From Amphiscolops sp. MND2022 (Eukaryota), in NCBI GenBank assembly GCA_964187785.1, contig CAXLNC010000593.1, positions 124,001-188,000 on the forward strand: DNA of 64,000 nucleotides. The letters are read 5' to 3'. Shown here one piece after another: positions 61,395 through 64,000 of the stretch. Every line of letters begins with the position of its first letter. Positions within the stretch are counted from its first letter, which is position 1. The position numbers and the translations under genes were made by a program. Under the pieces are notes generated by a model. That model made no database searches. It was not told the origin of the DNA and saw nothing but the letters and a program-made list of their open reading frames with translations.

Positions 61395-62335
61395 TGTAAG
61401 CTGGATTATTTGTTCTTTTTCAAACAAAACTGATTCAAGAAATTCCGAGATCAATTCGTGGTTGTTTTTCAAACGAAACTGATTCAAGAAATTCCGAGAT
61501 CAATCCGTGGTTCTTTTTTTCAAACAAAACTGATTCAAGAATTTCCGAGATCATTCCGTGGTTCTTTTTTTTTCAAACAAAACTGATTCAAAAAATTCCG
61601 AGATCAATCCGTGGTTCTTTCTCAAACAAAACTGATTCGAGAAATTCCGAGATCAATTTGTGGTTCTTTCTCATACAAAATTGATTCAAGAAATTCCGAG
61701 ATCAATTCGTGGTTCTTTTTCAAACAAAACTGATTCAAGAAATTCCGAGATCAATTCGTGGTTCTTTTTCAAACAAAACTGATTCAAGAAATTCCTAGAT
61801 CAATTCGTGGTTCTTTTTCAAACAAAACGGATTCAAGAAATTCCGAGAACAATTCGTGGTTCTTTTTCAAACAAAACTGATTCAAGAAATTCCGAGATCA
61901 ATTCGTGGTTCTTTTTCAAACAAAACTGATTCAAGAAATTCCGAGATCAATTCGTGGTTCTTTTTCAAACAAAACGGATTCAAGAAATTCCGAGATCAAT
62001 TCGTGGTTCTTTTTCAAACAAAACTGATTCAAGAAATTCCGAGATCAATTCGTGGTTCTTTTTCAAACAAAACTGATTCAAGAAATTCCGAGATCACTTT
62101 GTGGTTTTTTTTTCAAACAAAACTGATTCAAGAAAGTCCGAGAACAACTAGTGGTTCTTTTTCAAACAAAACTGATTCAAGAAATTCCGAGATCAATTCG
62201 TGGTTCTTTTTCAAACAAACCTGATTAAAGAAATTCAGAGATCAATTCGTGGTTCTTTTTCTAACAAAACTGATTAAAGAAATTCCGAGATCAATTCTGG
62301 TTCTTTTTCAAACAAAACTGATTCAAGAAATTCCA
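61395..62335. repeat. R49 minisatellite, longest array (~19 copies)
   Basis: 49-bp period (e.g. 61868, 61917). Confidence 0.95.
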
Positions 62336-62819
62336 CGCTCTGTTTCAGACTCAGACCAACAGAAATAACTACTGTAGACTCAGAATCTCTTCAAATTACT
62401 GACCAACCAAAAACGTCATTCCGTTGTACACTCCGAATATTTTCTAGATATTTTTTACGGACCAATTAGAAACCTCACTTGGCCAAAGACTTGGAATATG
62501 TTTAAAGTAATTTTGTTCACTGACAAATCAGAAACCTCACTCGATTGTAGTCTCAGAATACCTTCAAAACATAATTTTCAACTGAATAATCAGAAACCTC
62601 ACTCGATTGTAGACTCAGAATATCTCCAAATGTATTTTTTCGAAAATCAATGACACTACATGGGGGTACAATAAAAAATATTATATGCAAACAACAAATT
62701 ATAACGACACTACATGGGGGTACATTCAAAAATAATACGTCAATATCAAGGTATGCAATATTGAAAAAAAACCAAATTACTTCATGTGATTATTATATGC
62801 AGATTTTACCTGTTATAAA

Positions 62820-63776
62820 TTAGATTAACATGTTTTTTTCTAGTTTATACCCGGCGTCTTTGAGCTGTTTCGCTACATATTTGGGGGAAACGTTTTTCTC
62901 GATATCTTGGAATATTCTCATTGCATCCTGGACATGCTTGGGGGGCTGTGGTTTCCTGAAAGTGAGTAAACTTTTTTTGAAAGATTTGTTTGTGTGGCCC
63001 TTTTTTTGTGACACGTCGAATGTTTCGTTTACTGCTTTTGTAAAGACTTCGTCTCGTTGTCCAGTCCAGACTAGACGCAACCTCGAACCGTCTTCTTTCA
63101 ATTTATAAAAGTTGCGCAGAAGTTTGCTTTCTTTTGCACTGAGTCCTTTGTGTCTTTTGACGTGGTCGTACATGTGACCGTGACACACCATATCACTGCA
63201 AACGATGCACTGTTCGAGATCTGTCTCGGAACCTGTTGAAAAAAAAACTTTTTATACAAAACAAGTTCTAGTTTGAATGAATATATTCTAATAATTTAGA
63301 TTCTGATAATCTCTAATTTGATTGACAATGAATAAAAAACTTACTACCGCTCACGGAAGGATCGACCAGTGTTGATGATAGGGCCAGTATTGAAGGAGAT
63401 TCATTGGGACCATCAATCATGGGGTGGTTGCCCGCACTAGTGGTGGCTTGGTTCTCATCTTCTGTTGGGTAATGTGGTGAAAGTTCATCACCACTCTTGG
63501 AACCTGCTGAATATAATTATATATTTTGATCAAGTATCTAAAAAGGAAATGATCGCTTCTGAGTTTGGTTCTAGTCCTTCTAGTATATAGACTGAATTCT
63601 ATAAACATGTCACGGAATTCCTAAGCGAAATTGTTGATAAAAATTAGGATACTAATTTCAAAACTAACCATCACTCATGGCTTGGTTGCTTTCATGAGTT
63701 GGTTGCACACTGATGGTGGTTCCCGTCTCAGCCTCTGTGGCATAATGATGTGAAAAGTCATCGGCAGTCTCGGAAC
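62820..63776 (-). CDS. ZnF-Myb gene copy B, three intact phase-1 exons (5' end not identified)
   Basis: Exons 63776-63669 (108 nt), 63503-63345 (159 nt) and 63232-62820 (413 nt) splice in frame. CIVC-x12-HVKRH, then RLVWTGQRDEVFTKAV..PPKHVQDAM..VAKQLK. Confidence 0.82.
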
Positions 63777-64000
63777 CTGTTGAACATAATACTATATTTT
63801 GATCAAGTATTTAAACGAGTATGATTGGTTCTGAACGTAAGTTTTAGTCCGGCCCCAGACCGAACTTTTGAGTTTTACTGTAGATTATACAGATAGAATT
63901 CAATTTGAATTTCATTGAGACTTTTAAATTTAGTTTTGTTTAGAATCTGATAATTTTTGAAAAGCACTTGATAAATAAACTGAAGATTTTTTTTCGGTTA

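Larger units (their letters stand above)
4129..64000. mobile_element. Putative large YR-encoding, cargo-carrying element, or cluster of rearranged derivatives; termini not identified
   Basis: The YR gene is embedded among repeatedly duplicated shared modules (ZnF genes, RTK copies, minisatellite cassettes). No RT, capsid, pPolB or RepHel ORF was seen. The boundaries are inferred, not observed. Confidence 0.5.

Noticed and set aside
61395-62335. R49 and R66 arrays as CRISPR arrays
   Set aside because: They are pure tandem repeats with no unique spacers, there are no cas genes, and the context is eukaryotic.

Overview
AT-rich eukaryotic, almost certainly metazoan, DNA: it has GT-AG introns and a Ror/MuSK-type receptor tyrosine kinase. 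It is not prokaryotic, and it contains two assembly gaps. The window opens in a ~180-bp satellite array (1-4128). The rest is a mosaic of paralogous modules with a near-identical 13.3-kb tandem duplication (31216-44553 / 44556-57956). The most striking feature is a four-exon minus-strand gene (59335-54918) whose exons splice in frame into one ~1000-aa protein: Suv4-20-like SET domain, acidic linker, zinc-finger pair, tyrosine recombinase (YR), C-terminal domain. It is broken only by one frameshift next to the catalytic Arg box. Around it lie multi-exon AT-hook/zinc-finger genes and a zinc-finger/Myb-like gene that reuse the YR's zinc-finger module. There are also three intronless Ig-Frizzled-kringle-TM-kinase (Ror-like) pseudogenes sitting inside the last exon of the AT-hook gene, a RING relic, orphan ORFs, and several minisatellite families sharing a GAAATTCnGA core. 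A 35-bp piece of the satellite monomer recurs inside the modules at exactly the satellite/module junction sequence, as an attP/attL pair would. Working hypothesis (inference): a large cargo-carrying, satellite-associated YR mobile element, or a cluster of its derivatives, encoding its own H4K20-type methyltransferase. Element termini could not be identified. All protein family calls are motif recognition by eye, not database searches.
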